DNA of 64,000 nt from Candidatus Sabulitectum sp. (GTDB lineage: Bacteria; Fermentibacterota; Fermentibacteria; Fermentibacterales; JCC-6). Of this stretch, positions 63,133 to 64,000 are shown piece by piece (the first letter of the stretch is position 1; every line of letters starts with the position of its first letter). The stretch spans positions 26,868 to 90,867 of the forward strand of contig JAGLDY010000013.1 of the NCBI GenBank assembly GCA_023145375.1, read 5' to 3'. The position numbers and the translations under genes are program-made. Under the pieces are notes generated by a model that saw nothing but the letters and a program-made list of their open reading frames with translations, searched no databases and was not told the DNA's origin.

Positions 63133-63513
63133 ATGATTTCTATATGTGGAATTGTTCTTTTACTCACGGCCTCCTCTCCCCTGCTGAATGTAACTGACAC
63201 TATGGACCGTGGAGCTACTGCAGTTTATACAGTTTCTCTTGATGCCGAGACTGTATACTGGATAACTCTTGAGTCAGTTGACGGACAGACAAATTTCGAT
63301 GTTGTCACCGCTTCGTGTGAAATGGATTTTGAGCATTTCATGAATCTTCCATACGGTGAAGATTTTCTGCACGCACTGGAATTTGCCATAGTCAGTGGTA
63401 CGGAATCGGGAAACGAGTCAATAACCCTCTTCACCGAAAGCTCCGGAATGGTCTATGTGGTTGTACATGATGCTGGTGGAAATGGTGGAGTATTCGCACT
63501 GAAGATTCACTGA
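63133..63513 (+). CDS. Small hypothetical exported protein
   Basis: 126 aa with a hydrophobic N-terminus. The beta-rich pattern could be pre-peptidase C-terminal-like. I recognise no family. Confidence 0.4.
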   Translation: MISICGIVLLLTASSPLLNVTDTMDRGATAVYTVSLDAETVYWITLESVDGQTNFDVVTASCEMDFEHFMNLPYGEDFLHALEFAIVSGTESGNESITLFTESSGMVYVVVHDAGGNGGVFALKIH

Positions 63514-64000
63514 TGACTGGATCCTCCGATCTCACTGTCCTGCAGCTCAACCAGTCTGTAAAAACTGTTCTGCAATCAGCTTACCCTGAACCAGTATGGA
63601 TCAGGGGCGTGATAACAGGTCTTAGAAGGGTCTCTGGAAGGGGACACACCTACTTCCAGCTGGCAGACCCGTCAGACCCGGGTGAACAATCTCCTGCTGT
63701 TGCTGATTGTGCCCTTTTTGCCGGAGACCGGTCCAGAATTTCACTTGAGGCCGGAAGGAAGGGAAAACTCTTCCAGCTGGAAAATGACACTGAGGTAAGA
63801 ATCCGTGTTTCCATCAGTTTCTGGGACCGTTCAGGTCGCTTCCAGCTTATCATTAAGGGTTTCGATGCTGAATTTGCAGGAGATTCTGCAGCTATCCACC
63901 TGCAGAGGCTGATTGCATACCTGAAGGACGAGGGAGTTCTTTACGAGAATGGAACACTTCCCCTTACAGAAATACCTCTCCGCATTGGGCTTGTAACATC
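63513..64000 (+). CDS. xseA: Exodeoxyribonuclease VII large subunit, N-terminal part (runs off the window end)
   Basis: Not in the ORF track because it is open-ended. The ATG overlaps the upstream stop (TGATG). My translation is MTGSSDLTVLQLNQSVKTVLQSAYPEPVWIRGVITGLRRVSGRGHTYFQLAD...LPLTEIPLRIGLVT, which has the XseA OB-fold N-terminus pattern. Confidence 0.8.
   Translation, partial: MTGSSDLTVLQLNQSVKTVLQSAYPEPVWIRGVITGLRRVSGRGHTYFQLADPSDPGEQSPAVADCALFAGDRSRISLEAGRKGKLFQLENDTEVRIRVSISFWDRSGRFQLIIKGFDAEFAGDSAAIHLQRLIAYLKDEGVLYENGTLPLTEIPLRIGLVT

Noticed and set aside
1-64000. A scan for CRISPR arrays, IS elements, integrases, rRNA genes or long direct or inverted repeats.
   Set aside because: I noticed none, either in the ORF translations or in the intergenic sequence. 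This was only a scan by eye, so short or diverged repeats could have been missed.

Overview
Gene-dense 64-kb chromosomal segment with no rRNA, CRISPR array, transposase, integrase or prophage signal that I can see. Two proteins carry T9SS-type C-terminal sorting domains and there are many lipoproteins and secreted beta-propeller proteins, so I infer an uncultivated FCB-superphylum-like bacterium. Housekeeping anchors are uvrC (partial), murJ, tex, fusA, crcB, rph, rdgB, smpB, tRNA-Leu(CAG), rfbC, nth and xseA (partial). The parts I consider most worth follow-up are listed here. (1) A nine-gene, translationally coupled envelope operon at 28.3-36.5 kb. It holds two alkaline-phosphatase-superfamily paralogues, an unassigned membrane protein, an RHH protein, an ABC-2 exporter, a His-rich lipoprotein, a TPR-like protein and a cNMP-binding protein. 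(2) A four-gene coupled operon at 54.6-59.1 kb: DUF362, a radical SAM/SPASM enzyme, and a divergent succinyl-CoA-synthetase-like beta/alpha pair whose beta subunit has an extra Cys-rich tail. (3) A secreted propeller gene interrupted by one in-frame TGA next to a Cys, followed by a hairpin, which could be selenocysteine recoding or a pseudogene. (4) A short C-terminal TWAx(I/V)K tail shared by three secreted proteins. (5) A 1379-aa double-ATPase/dehydratase-like fusion of the PlsA/PlsR type. (6) A 1286-aa protein with two complementary cyclase domains fused to a STAND ATPase and TPRs. All functional calls rest on motif recognition by eye; no database search was run. Several start codons are re-assigned relative to the ORF track and remain uncertain.
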